DNA of 64,000 nucleotides from Azolla caroliniana (GCA_043228905.1 JBHGNT010000005.1:24800001-24864000), one strand, 5' to 3'. Positions 39,464-55,222 are shown, counted from the stretch's first letter. The notes: a model not told the origin generated them from the letters alone. Numbers and translations: made by a program.

Positions 39464-40420
39464 TAGCAATGGGCCCGGTTTTGGCTCAAACTGAACCGAA
39501 CCGTTAAACCGTGGCTTGACAGTTTATAGGTTCGAAGATAAATAAACAATTTGGTTTGGTTTCAAATGTTACTAATCAAATCAAATCAGGATATATAGAT
39601 GCAGGATATATATATGGATACGAATAAAATCAGTGAACCTTAGGGAACTATACATTGCAATTTGCCACTTTCCACATGTGCACTAGCAATGGGCCTAGTT
39701 TCGGCTCAAACCGAACTGAACCGTTACACCGTGGCTTAACGGTTTATAGGTTCGAAGATAAATAAACAATTTGGCTTGGTTTCAAATGTTACTAATCGGT
39801 TTGGTTTCGGTTCAGCTCGGTTTTGAATTTCATGGTTTATCAGTTTATCGGCTTCTCGGTTTCAGTTTACGTGGTTATGTGGTTCGGTTTAAAGGTTTAA
39901 AGGTTAAAAAATACTCCTAAATTTTCCCTATAGGCTCTAACTTTCAACTTTTAATTTTAAATCCTAGTTTTAATTTATTAAATTTTATATGCATTATATG
40001 TAGAGTCTCCTTTTTCATTTATGATGATAAAATATGATAAGTATGATGACCAAATTTATGATAAGAATGATGACCAAATTTATGATAAGTATGATGACAA
40101 AAGTTATGATAAGTATGATGATCAAATTTATGATAATTATGATGATCAAATTTATGATAAGTATGATGACAAAAGTTATGATAAGTATGATGATCAAATT
40201 TATGATAAGTATGATGATCAAATTTATGATAAGTATGATGATCAAATTTATGATAAGAATGATGACCAAATTTATAATACGTACGATGACAAAAGTTATG
40301 ATAAGTATGATAAACAAATTTTCTCACACAAATTTATAATAAGTATGATGATCAATATCAATAAAAAATGGTTTGGTTTGGTTCTAAATTTTCCGTAAAC
40401 GGTTTGGTTTCTGTTTGGTT
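39464..40420. mobile_element. hAT-type MITE with duplicated left end (TIRs at 39464 and 39684) and eroded right end
   Basis: TAGCAATGGGCC TIR; the left end is the reverse complement of the right end of the 48560 MITE. A ~220-bp tandem duplication spans LINE flank plus MITE end. No right TIR or TSD found. Confidence 0.75.
40021..40312. repeat. 24-bp minisatellite, ~12 copies (TATGATAAGTATGATGAYCAAATT)
   Basis: Directly visible head-to-tail repeats without spacers. Confidence 0.95.
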
Positions 40421-43023
40421 TCTCTTATTGATGTGTGTAGTTGTGGAGCATATAATGGCATTCTAGAATTGGATCCTTTTGCACCACTAGACAAAGTTTC
40501 ACAAGGATTGTCAAAGTCATTGCAAAATGCAGCCACAGACACCTTTCCGAAGAAAGGAGGAAGAAACCCAAACCTGGTCGAGTTATACAAAACAATGGGT
40601 ATGATATGGAATGTGATGATACAAGGGCTTGCAACGTGAAGTAAGAAAGAGATAATATTTAGCTAAATTTGAAGATCATGTGTATCGCTTATTCCTAGAA
40701 CAAAAAAGTAAAAGAGCAAGAAAAATGTTTAATGAAAGGTAACCTACAACATGAATATCAAAGATATTGTATGATATCCCCAGGCAGTCCCCACTCCACC
40801 ACCCACATGATTTACGCCTATGTGAATCTAACTTTCTTGCTCCCAAAACATGTAAGAAACACCATTGAGTGGTTACAATTTAGGAAGGCTGAAGATCATG
40901 ATGAATTGGTAGGTGAGCACTTATATATGCCTGTGACATCTTGATCCCGTTGCTAGTTCTTTATTACAGCTGTGTGAAGGTTTCACTACTACTAGCTGTG
41001 TGAGGAATCCGTGTCAGGAAAGGTGCAGTTTCCCAATGGTTGTCAAAGGTGTAGCTAGCACAACTAGAGTAAAACAAGGATGCCCACTATCACCCACTCC
41101 TTTTGGTCTCAACATAGATGAGGTGTCACATCACATAGAGAGATTCAACAGTTCGGAAGCATGCCCAGCAAGTATAGCCATACAAAACATTACTATATGC
41201 TGATAATATTGTGCTGATCTCCAACACATGATATTATCAACAACACGACATCTGAATACCTTAAAAGTATTTAGTAATATTATCAGCACATGAAGACATT
41301 TAAATACCTTAAAAGTATTTTGTGGGGACAAAGACTTATAGTTAAACATAGATAAATTTAAAGTGATGGTGTTTAACACCATTCAAGCATTGGTAACAAG
41401 ATCAGAACCAGAATACTTCACACAGTGGAGCATATGACATGGATGCCTATCCACATAAGAAGGCTTGATAGTAAATCCACCATGCCACATGTTTAAGAAG
41501 AGTGTCGTGTAGTGGGTCATCTTCCTATCATGTTGTGGGGCGGATTCATGTTCTTTCATTATCCAATTTAATGATATTAGCTCAAATCCCTCTATTCATT
41601 TCTAATTTAATAATGTTCAGGTGAGGGCAGTGCAAGCTATATTTGAAATGGGGAGGTACATTTATACTTGCACAATGTGATTGGAACAATTCTTACATTT
41701 CAGCATACCAGCAACTGTCTCCATTTTCCGACAGTTGTTTTTTTTACCATTTTTTGGGGGGGCCAAAATCTGTTTTGCGGTGGTCATTAATCGAAATAAT
41801 GCCTTGGTCACTATAGGGGCTGTTCCCATCTCAGCACATTATATCATAGGGCACTGATGCTTTGTTCCTTATCATGCAACAATTATCAGACCAAAGGCAT
41901 CTCCAATTCTGTCCATTATGAGCTCTACGAAGCCTCACTTCCCGAATTTCTACTCCACAGAGATTAGTTTGTCTTAGAAGTGTATCAAACAACTACGATT
42001 TAGTTCATGGTTCTTGGAACTGGATATGTACACATTATCTTTCAAGGGCACCATGGGCTGCATATCCACGAGACAACCAAGCACATCCAACCTCATGTAG
42101 GGAGAACCAAGGCCCTATGAATGTTACTCCTAGATATGTGTAGAAAGAAAGAAAGATATATTAATGTCTTTTAAGAGGCCAAAATGGCCTATAAGACCAA
42201 ACAAAATGGGACAGACAAACCTCATGGACTTCAACATAGGCAATGGAACAGGTAGCCCTAGGCAGCAAAAAAAGCTATAAATCAAGCACCAAAGCTAAGA
42301 ATAATTCCTGATTAGAAAACATCCTTGATGAGGTGACAAAGTAAAAGAAAATATAATAGCCAAGTTCAGAAATGCACATCAAAGAACAAACAAAATAGTG
42401 CCATCGTAATGTACGACAACATATAACCTATCAAAAAGCTATCCTCCCTAGCAAATAAATTCTGCCAAAAAGTCCCGCATACTAAAGAAATCTAAGATCT
42501 TCTTAAATCCTTCACATAGAAGTAATAAGATAGGAAGTGGAAGAAATGATAATAGTAAGTCCAAAGTGCTCGACCCTCAAGATACAAACGAAATACACTG
42601 AAGTTAATGGGACAAACAAAGTGGTAGGCCGTGGAAAAACTAGAATTTGTGACTGAAATAAAGAAATTCTGGATATCAAAATCCTTAATGGGGTAAGAAG
42701 GTGGAAGAAGAGATGAAAGCAGATCAGATGTGCAAATTTCAAGATCATCCATGGTAATATTACAAAAGGCAAGCATCAAAGAGCTTCTTCCAGAACCTAC
42801 TGTATTCACTCATTTTGGCCGAGAAACCATGTCAAACGGAGAAACTTCGAGAGAAAGTTAGCTCATGCTATACAACGAGAGCTTTGCTTCCTCTTGCTCA
42901 AAAGATCCATTCTATATGAATGAGTCTTGAAGTTCCTGTGTTTTTGGTCAATGAACGAATAGATTCTAAACTACGGGAATTTTTTAAGAGAGAAGGTATA
43001 AAATCCTGGCAGAAAGGAGATAC

Positions 43024-43125
43024 CTGGAGAGATACTTCTTTGGCGACTGAATTCGAACGGTAGAGGAAGAAGAAGAAGGACGAAGACGAAGGAGGAGGGA
43101 GGAAGAAGAAGAATGATATATAGCA
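43024..43125 (-). promoter_or_regulatory. Putative TATA box and non-coding first exon, probably of ATG12
   Basis: Minus strand: (GA)n tract, CTATATAT at ~43122-43116, CT-rich leader, then donor CAG|GTATCT at 43024/43023. ATG12 has an unpaired acceptor at 28904/28903. Confidence 0.55.
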
Positions 43126-43156
43126 AGGGTTTCTGTAATTTGGAACCCCCTCCTTC

Positions 43157-43196
<40 letters not shown>

Positions 43197-43454
43197 GTAT
43201 ACCGTATATATGTATGAGAAGCTTGATTGATTGCTTGTAAAGCGTGGCCATGGAGTGATTTGAGAGCAAGCATGCATAGTGTGTTGGGCCTTGGCAAATG
43301 GCCATGTCCATCTCAAAGGACAAAGTTTTTTGTTTGGCTTGTGTCTTGGTGGCCGGAGCGGAGCCTCTTCTATGAAGCTCCCCGTCACATTTTGTGTTTG
43401 CCTTCATGGTTGTATCTGTAGTGTTGTCGAGGGCTTCTTTGCCCCAAGGCACGA

Positions 43455-43790
43455 GAGAGTCTGCTTTATCGAGTGCTCGGATCGATCGTTGCCAAGCACT
43501 TGGCTGTGAATGTGAGGATGGGAATGAAAGGGTTGGGCAGGCACGTGGCTGCGAATGTGAGGATGGGAAAGAAAGGGTTGGGCGCAAAAGGAGTCTGCTT
43601 AATGGGTGCTTTGGGGGAATGTTTGTTGACGTTCTTGCGAGCAGATGGGTGTGAATGTGATAATGGGAAAGGAAGGGTTGGGTGCAAAGACAAGGGAGTC
43701 CGCTTATCGAGTGCTCAGATTGATGCATGTTGAGGTTCTGGCATGTAGGTGGATGTGAATGTGAGGATGGGTGCAAAGGGAGTCTAGCTT
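43455..43790. repeat. Degenerate ~45-bp repeats (TGTGAATGTGAGGATGGGAA..AAGGGTTGGG), 4 copies
   Basis: Copies near 43501, 43547, 43645 and 43751; GCTT(T)ATCGAGTGCTC also repeated. Confidence 0.75.
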
Positions 43791-46480
43791 GTGTTGAATC
43801 ATCGTGGTCATTTGGCCAAGTGACTTGCCTGTGTGTGTAATGGGAACAAGTGGCAAAGTAATTTTTGGAGATAGGATGGTCACGATTACCTTAGGCTATT
43901 TGGAGCTCTCAAGTTGGGATTGCCCCCACCCACGTAATGTGCCCAATGCACAGCCTAGCCTTGGTATGTAGTGATAATAGGGTCAACTCATCTACGTGAG
44001 GCATCGTGCAACTTATGGTGCAACGACCCCAATGTCCATGAGGAATTGGTTTACTCTCTTGTATTTGTTTGATAGACCTTCCTAAACATAAGTATTGATC
44101 CATGGTAGCAAGATCATGATTCTTGTGGTTTAACTCCTCGTCAGTGGGAAGTAGTGGCATGTAATTGATTTGATCATCAGTGGGAAAGAGAGGATGATGG
44201 TAATAATAAAGACGTTGTATTATTGTCACTAGTGCATGGTGTGAAACACTCAAACTCGCTCACATCCTTAAAATTTCATGTGTCTTTGAATTAGTGTGAT
44301 TTTGGGAAACAATGCCTGCTAACTTTGTTTATGGACTCTGTTGCTACATATGTTGGTGTTATAGGTCACATTGCATGCTTAGTTGCAGTTTGGAGAGGAT
44401 TTGACCATAAAAATCTGGGAGATTTGGTGTACACAAATCAAATTGGCTATGATGCGAGCACAATGGAGTCAGTTGGTATACTCCTTTACCCAACACAACG
44501 GTTGTATTTCTTATGATTTTATAATACCAAGGTGTATCTCTTCATAGGAGGGAAAAAAATTAGTGCAATTTTATTAGACACTTTAAAGAGAGAAACATTT
44601 ACACGCTTTTGTGGAAAAAATGAGGTAGATTTAACATGATAGTCATCCACCAAAAGGTCTCTTAACCAATACTTCCAACGGGTACATTCTCTTCAGTGAT
44701 GACCACTAGTTAGTCTACAATGGGCTTTTGAGAGGCGCACTCATGGTATAAAGCTCCATCAAGCAAGAAAAAGTTCCCACTCTAGACTACAAGGTGTTTG
44801 CTTCCTTCCTTCATCATTCCCTCATGGGTTATCCAATTAATTATGATGTATCGTATATTCACTAAGAACATGTAAGGATATCCTAGAGTCAATATAAATT
44901 GTCGATTGTGTTGATGTTGGAACTTGTTGAATGTTTGATTCAATAAGTCGTCTTACTACGAAGAGTCTTCTAAGTGTAGTGCTAATTGACGTTTGATTAC
45001 TTGAGCTTTGAGTAGTTAGATGGCCTCAAATGTCGAGTGGTGCTATGACAAGGGATATGTGTTGGCGATAGAAGGTATCCCTAACCTCTTGACATATATT
45101 TATGTACTTTGTGAAAGGATATTGCTTGGGATCTACTCAAACACGAGCCCAAGAATTTATGAAAAAAGTTTGAGGATCTAATGCCCAACAAATGTGTTTC
45201 GTAGGAAGAAATCAACTAGAAAACTCTGGAAAACTAATGAGCAAAAAGTTAATTATCCTTTAAAAGTCAACTAATGAAATATTAATGAAAACTCAAAAAG
45301 AGAAAAAGACCACGTAAACAAAAATAAGAAGTTTGTATGAAGATTTTATTCTTAATTAATGTTTCATGTGTCTCGGTACTTTACTAAAAGCTCTACCCAC
45401 ATGTTTGTTGATTCCCAACCACTCATTCAAATGCATAAATTTCATGTAAGTATGGAAATCATACATGGATGCTTTGCAATGGGAGTATGAGTTGTCAATT
45501 TGCTTCTACAAAAGTTTAGCTTGGCAAAATGATGAAGAGAGGGTAACAACACTCTTTAGCTTGTTGAGGGTACTAAGTTATCTCCTAATCTCACTCAAAC
45601 ATTAATGAAATAAACGTAACCTATTCTTCCTCGACTACTTAATTACCTTTTCAAACAAAGGACAACATACAAAATCATTAAACAACAATGCACCATTATT
45701 ACTTAGTTGAAAACCAACTTCACTCATATCCAAGAAGTAGAGCTAAATTGTTTTAAATGAAAGCTCATGATTTGAGTTCATTGGATAAGATAATGGTTGA
45801 GGTCTATGAGAGACAAAAGAGAGCTAAGGTTGATGCTCAAAATAGAAGTGAAGAAGAAGAGGTACAAAGCTTATATGGTTGCTTTCATAAAATGAACCAT
45901 ACGTATCATACATGCATTCGTATTCGAGAATGATTCAATCAAATGTGTATGGTAAATCATCTCGAAGTTGGATTGGATTGACTATGGTTTATATTATATA
46001 TTGATTCAATCTCAATCCAAATAAGTGGACTCTAATCCATTGTGAACCACCAACATAAGTATGGTTGCAATATTTGCATTGTATCACATGCATACCTTTG
46101 GGATTACTTTTTAAGAATCAAGACATCTCTATCCTCCTCACTTGAGTATGAACTATAGAGATTGAATCAAAATATGTCATTATAAATTATAATCAAATGT
46201 TCAAAAACTCATAAAACGTATATTCGAGAATATGAAGGAAACATGACATAGGCAATAGTAGTAGCATACCAACTTACCACTAGGGTGAGTTAATTTCTAA
46301 TAAAAAAGAAAGAAAGAAAAAGGAACATGACACTAAGATATTCTTTTGTATATAACATGACACTAATGAGAGGATATAAGAAAATTGGGAATTGAACCCA
46401 AGACATAGGCAATAGTAGCATGTCAACTTACAACTAGGTTAAGCTAATTTCAATTAATAAAAAAGAAAAGAAATATGATA

Positions 46481-47506
46481 TAGTAACCATTGGGTTAAGT
46501 TCGCACTTTGAACGCATGGGTGAAGCACGCACTTAACCGAGCTACGCATTTAGGGGTTTTTTGAAAATTTTTAGGGTTTCTTGAAATTTTTTCCCTTCTG
46601 TGTTCGTACCATATGTTTATTCATTAGAAAAGTGATCAATTAATGTGATATAATTGACTTGAAATGTTTATGGTTTCAACATACTCTTGTTGGATATCAC
46701 TTTTTCCCGATTCCATATTACCTTGAGTTTTTGCCTTTCTGTTAGGCCTACCTAATGAACTTCTTTGGATATGATGAGATTTTCCCTTGCATTCTTTTCC
46801 TAGTGACGGGAGGTTTGAGGAATCGTAGTACAAATGGAGACGGGGGAGACCGGAAAAGAGAGAGGAGGAGCAATGGAGAAAGCATAGGCTAGAACAAAAA
46901 GAAAATAAACGAGATGCATAGAAAGAGAAAGAGAGGGAGGAGGGAGGGAGGGGGGGAGAGAAACAAAGAAGGAGAAATTTAAGAATGAACGAAGGCGGCA
47001 AAAGCGGCAGGAGGAGAGATGGAGAGAGAAAGAAAATTAAGAAAGTGAGGGAGGGAGAGAAATAAAGAAACAAAATTAAGAATGAATAAATACGGAAATG
47101 GAAATGGAAAATTGGGTTAAGTAGGAAAGTTTATTTCTTTAACGAGAATCAAAATTACTGACTCGCAGAAACACGCACACACATACAACATATAACATGC
47201 ACACAAACGCTACTACTGGAGAAACCGATTCCAAAATGTGGTTCTCTTTTTTCCTTGCATTTCTCTTTGTGCGTTTCCAAGAGACCCCACCCACTGTCAC
47301 GTAACAAATTCTTTTAAATTTTCTTTTGTTAGAAACTCCTTTCTTTTATTGTTTTTTGAATGTTTGGAACATAGTTTTAATTTCGTTTGATGTAATTTCA
47401 TCATGAACAATGTAAATTTTTTGATCTGAATTTTGACCTCTATAAAAAGCGCACTTAAATTGAATGGTGCACTTAAGTGGGCACACACTTAACCGAATGG
47501 TTACTG
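46481..47506. mobile_element. Non-autonomous Tc1/mariner-type DNA transposon (1026 bp)
   Basis: 20-bp TIR (T/C)AGTAACCATT(G/C)GGTTAAGT flanked by TA on both sides; no transposase ORF. Confidence 0.8.
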
Positions 47507-48559
47507 TACTAACATAAAATTTTGCTATGATATGAGATAATCAGGAAAAAGCATGACAATTTACCACTAGGGCAAACTAATTTATAATGATAATAAATAA
47601 ATAAAGGAGCACAGATTTTATCATTTTCAAACATTTGAATGCTTGCATGAACACGTTTATTACGTTCTATGGTTGCTTTTATACCTCTTTTACATTTGGT
47701 TATTATCGTCTTTGTCAAAAGATTTTTCTTTAAAGTTCAAAGATACCTTCATTCTTGTTATGTTAGACCAACATTGGTATTGCATGAATAGGGGCTAAAA
47801 GAGAAATATCTTACCAATACTCAACATTATTATGATTTCCTTCATGCCTCCAACGATAACTTGTATAGTGGATTATGATCATCTGATCTAGAATGTAACA
47901 CGTGTTTATGTTTTTTCACGAGTTGAAAATTCTATCTTGGGTTTCCTCATCCATTAGATAGGTGTCCTTTGTCAGTTTAATCTCCCTTTCACGAGTTGTA
48001 CAACTATGTGGTGGATACTTTGACATGATGGGACAAGGGTCGAAAGCCAATATCAAATTTAAGTGGATTATATTACTAAACCTGAGAACAACTTTAGACA
48101 TGGAGGTGCTTCATGGGTTCTATTGTAGATTGCTTCTGTCACGACTCACGAGTTATGATTTCTTTGTGGAATCAAACGGTAGGAGGGCATCTTCAATATG
48201 ATGTACGTCTAATGCATTTTCAAATATGGGTATTCTAGGAATTTCATAAAAAAGGAGGTTATTCCATGTTTTATGATATCAACATATCCATAATAAATAA
48301 GTATATGGTGTATATGTCACGGTCTTCTTTATGATATAGTCATTCAAAAGTTCGATGTCATGGAGCTATGGTTACAATGAGCTTTAAAACCATAAAATGT
48401 TAATAAGCAAGAGCAACAGGGTTAAGCCACCTTACAACGAATAGAAATGACATCCTTGTAAGTGGATTAATGTTATATGTTCATGTCCAATTGATTTTCA
48501 TATGGATTGCCTTTAAGGCATCTTTCACACCCATGAGATCTCTCAATTTGGGTTGCAAC

Positions 48560-49063
48560 TAGCAATGGGCCCGGTTCGGTTCGGTTTCGGTGCCTTGAAA
48601 CCAAACCAAACCAAACCGTTTATGAACATTCGAACATTTAAACCAAACCATTTAAAAAAAAGGTAAACCAAAACCGTTTAGGGAAAAGTTAAAACCAAAC
48701 AAAACCATTTAATAAAACGTTGAAACCTAACCACATTTAAGCCAAGCTAATTAAAAAATCAATTAAATAAAAACACACAAAATTAAATAAGCATTTATGT
48801 TAAAATAAATAAATAAGATTAATTGAGCCATTAGATTAAATAAACAATTAAGTTAAGTGAATTAAACCATTAAATTACATAAACATTTAATGGATAAAAA
48901 AAGATAGCCCAAAAACCTATAAACCCTAGTTTCAAAACCAAAGCGAACCGTTTATTATTAATTAAAACCAAACCAAACCATTTAATTATTTTGGAACTTA
49001 TAAACCTTTAAACCATGGTTTAACGGTTCGGTTTAGTTTAAGCCGAAACCGGGCCCATTGCTA
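48560..49063. mobile_element. hAT-type MITE (504 bp)
   Basis: TIR TAGCAATGGGCCCGGTT; perfect palindromic 8-bp TSD GTTGCAAC; AAACC subterminal arrays. Confidence 0.94.
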
Positions 49064-49545
49064 GTTGCAACACTTATTTGACTTCCGCATCTTAAACAAT
49101 AAATCATATTGATTAAACAATATGTTTTGGAATGTATAGAGTTCGTGTTTGTATGTTTCCATGCATGATCCATGTTTTAATGGTAAACACATTCAAAAAT
49201 CATGTAAAACATGAAGAGTTCCAATTCCATTACCCTCATACAAGGGGCCAATGTGTAAGTTCAATTAGTAGAAGAATGTGTAAAAGGCCAACAACCTTCA
49301 ACATTCTCTCTAAAAGAATATCTAAGAGATTGGTGAAACAATGATCCAAAGCTCTCTCTAAACAAACGTATAAGAACCCAAGAACCTAGATCCCTCATTT
49401 GAAACAAATATCATTGTTAAAGGTCAAGAACCTAGATCATTGTTTCAAAACTAAATGTCACTATAAGAGCCCAAGGACATTGACATCTCTCTTGAAACAT
49501 ATGTATAAGATGCCATGGCTGAGAGACACATAGACACACACACAA

Positions 49546-49579
<34 letters not shown>

Positions 49580-50076
49580 TCTATCCCCCTCTCTAACTGA
49601 GGAGGGTTATTTGATTCAATCGTCCATCTTAGCCCCCTTAATAATATAACCTTCAAAGGAATGTATAAAGTGATAAGAACTCCTTCTCTTTGGAGCTCTT
49701 TTTGGGTCCATAAATTATATCACCGATCGTGGACAATAACGACATCTCTCCTTGCACATAAACGTGTAACCGGGTCATATTTGACATTCAAGAGGAGGAT
49801 TAGCTAGTTGAGGCAATCTCTTTATAGTCCTTGACCTATAACGAGGTGCGACCTTCTCATGGAAGCCACACTCATCTTCCCTTCGTATCGGGTGTTCCAT
49901 CGTTATGAGATGTCTCCCCCAAGAGAGGAGAGATGAGACAGAGTGGAGAACACCAAAGTTATTCTATTGTGTGGGGGGGGTGGGGGGGGGTTAGGGGTAA
50001 CACCCCGGCCACATGGAGAGCACTTCCTTTCAATCCTTTTCTTTTGTACACACTAAATATAATTTGAAAATTTGAT

Positions 50077-50111
<35 letters not shown>

Positions 50112-50129
50112 TTCCTCCCTTTCATTCTC

Positions 50130-50248
50130 CTCATAAAACGTGCTTCTCTCGTCTCTCTTCTCTGCCCTGTTCCCTTCTTCTTCTTCTTCTTCTTCTTTAT
50201 TTAGCAGAAAGAGGAGGAGGAGAAGACCCATCTCACATCAGATCTCAG
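50130..50248 (+). promoter_or_regulatory. Probable actin core promoter and non-coding leader exon
   Basis: CATAAAA at ~50133, CT-rich leader, donor CAG|GTATGC at 50248/50249. Plant actins typically have a 5'UTR intron. Confidence 0.65.
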
Positions 50249-51213
50249 GTATGCTTGCTGCATATGTTCCCTTTTTCCTTTCTCTCTCTCTCTTTCTTTA
50301 TTTGGCTCCTTCTCTATTGATTTTGTTCCGTTAACTAGATATATTCGATTTACTCAAATCAATTATTGCGAGATTCATATACCTCTGCAAAGATTTAGGT
50401 TGTTTTAGGACACATTGATAGGTCGCAGCTATCCATTGTTGCTAGATTGTGTAGTCTCCTAGGACTTGTTTTCTTAGATAGTTAGTAGATTGTGCTTAAT
50501 TTCCTGATGTGTAATGGATCTTCAACATTTTCTTCTTTTGTTCTATAGTAATGTTGGATCTATCCATCGTCCAGATCTAATGAAAATTTGGAAAGTATAG
50601 GCGACAATGTTACTGTGAATAATGGTAATGCATCATAGATTTTTAAAAGTGCCCTGTCATTGTCACTATGAATGATAGTAATGGATCATGGACTTATGAT
50701 TCTTTCCTATGCTTACATTAGCCTGTGTCATGTGACAGCATTGATCCATGAAATGGTGAATGAATTCTGCTTTTCTGCCAACCTGTTCACATTTGTGTAT
50801 GGTAGAAATAATCCATCAAAATGCAACCCTAGACTATAGATGCATTCATCCCCTGTCCTTAAATTAGATTAAGCTTATAATGATCCATACAAATGTACTT
50901 CATACATGGATTTCCCTTTTTATGACTGTGTTTACCATGGCTTTTACGTTAATTGGACCATCAAAATTCACATTTCATATGAAATATGGATCAATTCTTC
51001 TTTTTCTCATGTTATAATGCATTCTAACCATCGTCGATTGAATATATTGCTTCCTGTTTAACTAATCCAGATAAGATCTTATGTGATGATATAAACACAT
51101 CTTTTCCAGGCCAAAATTTTGAAACAATGCTTCCCGTTTAACTAATCCAGATAAGATCTTATGTGATGATATAAACACATCTTTTTTCAGGACAAAATTT
51201 TGAAAGAATAAAA

Positions 51214-53834
<2,621 letters not shown>

Positions 53835-55222
53835 AGTGTGTTCTATTGGCCTGTTTCTTCTTCTGTGCATGTACATCATCAATTTGATTGTGGATTGATT
53901 TTTTTGTATTACATCAAGCAAGCCTTCAGGAGATTCTTATACCATGTTTCTATCTTTTGAGAGGGGATAATCGATTCTTCTTTTTGTTTGTTGAAATTTT
54001 TTTGTGCAAACTAGACAATTTCTAGAATTGTCATCTTGCTCAATGAGGGGTACTGCCTCTTCAGTTTGTTTTTGAAGGATTTTGACATTTAATAAATGGA
54101 ACAAATTCTTATTTGTCCATTGGATAATGCACTGGAATATACAAAAACTTCTTTTTCCATCTCTTCTTATGTTTGGAAACAATTTCAGATTTACTGAAAT
54201 TTCAGCTCTCCACTTTTGTTTATGAACTTATATAGAGATTTGTTTCATGTTTTTTTCCATCTGGATTCCTGTTATTTATGGAGAAATTTTCATTAGTTAG
54301 CCATTTACATTCATGCAGTCTTGGAACGTTGCCACTAATTGAAAGCAAAGACACAAATCTCAACAGTTGTATGCTTCTCTGATTATGGTTTTACTCTGTA
54401 ATATATATATCTAATACAGCATCATATGAAGAGTCCCAAAAATGAGCTGGTTCACTGATTCAATTTATATCTTGTTTAAATTTATCTTTTCTGCTGTTGC
54501 AGCCATCACTGAAGAAACTTTTTTCAAATCTCAAAACATTTTAAATTGCATGATCAAAAAATTCTTTTGCCGCACTTCCAATTACGTCAGAATCTATAAG
54601 TACATCAGTGATATATATGAATACAGCGGAGATTTGCATGTTGTTCACTATGAGATGGTGAGGAGCCACCATAAATGTCTTTTTGGCTATATAGATACAA
54701 TGAAATTGGATTCAATGATTAACTGGTGGAACAATTGCTCATAAGTAGAGCTTTCAAAGTATTTCTATGAACTGCTTCTGCCATCAGTATAACATATAAG
54801 ATGAAGTTGTAGAATTGTGAAAAAGTAGAAATAATGTTTGGAAGAACTTGTTTAGAAAGTTACCCTTTAGGTCATGACCCAAATTTCAACCTTCAATCTT
54901 AGCATGGATCAAATCAGTCTTTGCCTCTAAACTTGGGTTTTGCATTTTTAACTTTAATAACGAGACCAAAGAGTGCTCCGTCTCATTAATCACCATCCTT
55001 GTAGATATCCTTCCTTATCTTGGTAAGGCCTAAGTTAAGATAATAAGGACCCATTAAAGGGAAGTGTTTGACATCCTTATCTTGATGTTCATCGTATTCA
55101 TACTTCTGTTGGTGTAGAGTACAAGATAATAAAACCCATAAAAGAGGAGTGTTTTCCATCATAATGAACTTTAAACTAACCACAACCACTTGAGCTGCCA
55201 TGCAATATGATTGTCGGTAACC

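Larger units (their letters stand above)
39150..41400 (+). mobile_element. Decayed LINE (AP endonuclease and RT fragments) interrupted by a MITE
   Basis: RGSGGVVILFKK...YIWTRI...LYIAICHFPP (endonuclease) at 39266-39463; VKQGCPLSPTPFGLNID (RT) at ~41070-41120. Confidence 0.75.

Noticed and set aside
40015-40398. Four overlapping ~100-125 aa ORFs and a CRISPR-like look
   Set aside because: Pure 24-bp tandem repeat without unique spacers. ORFs on both strands are a by-product of the repeat, and there are no cas genes in this eukaryotic context.
42898-43776. 292-aa ORF on the minus strand
   Set aside because: Runs through degenerate repeats, (GA)n and CT-rich leader; low complexity with no domain motifs.
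43900-46200. Possible MULE-like transposase relic
   Set aside because: Only vague similarity; no intact SWIM or DDE motif or termini found.
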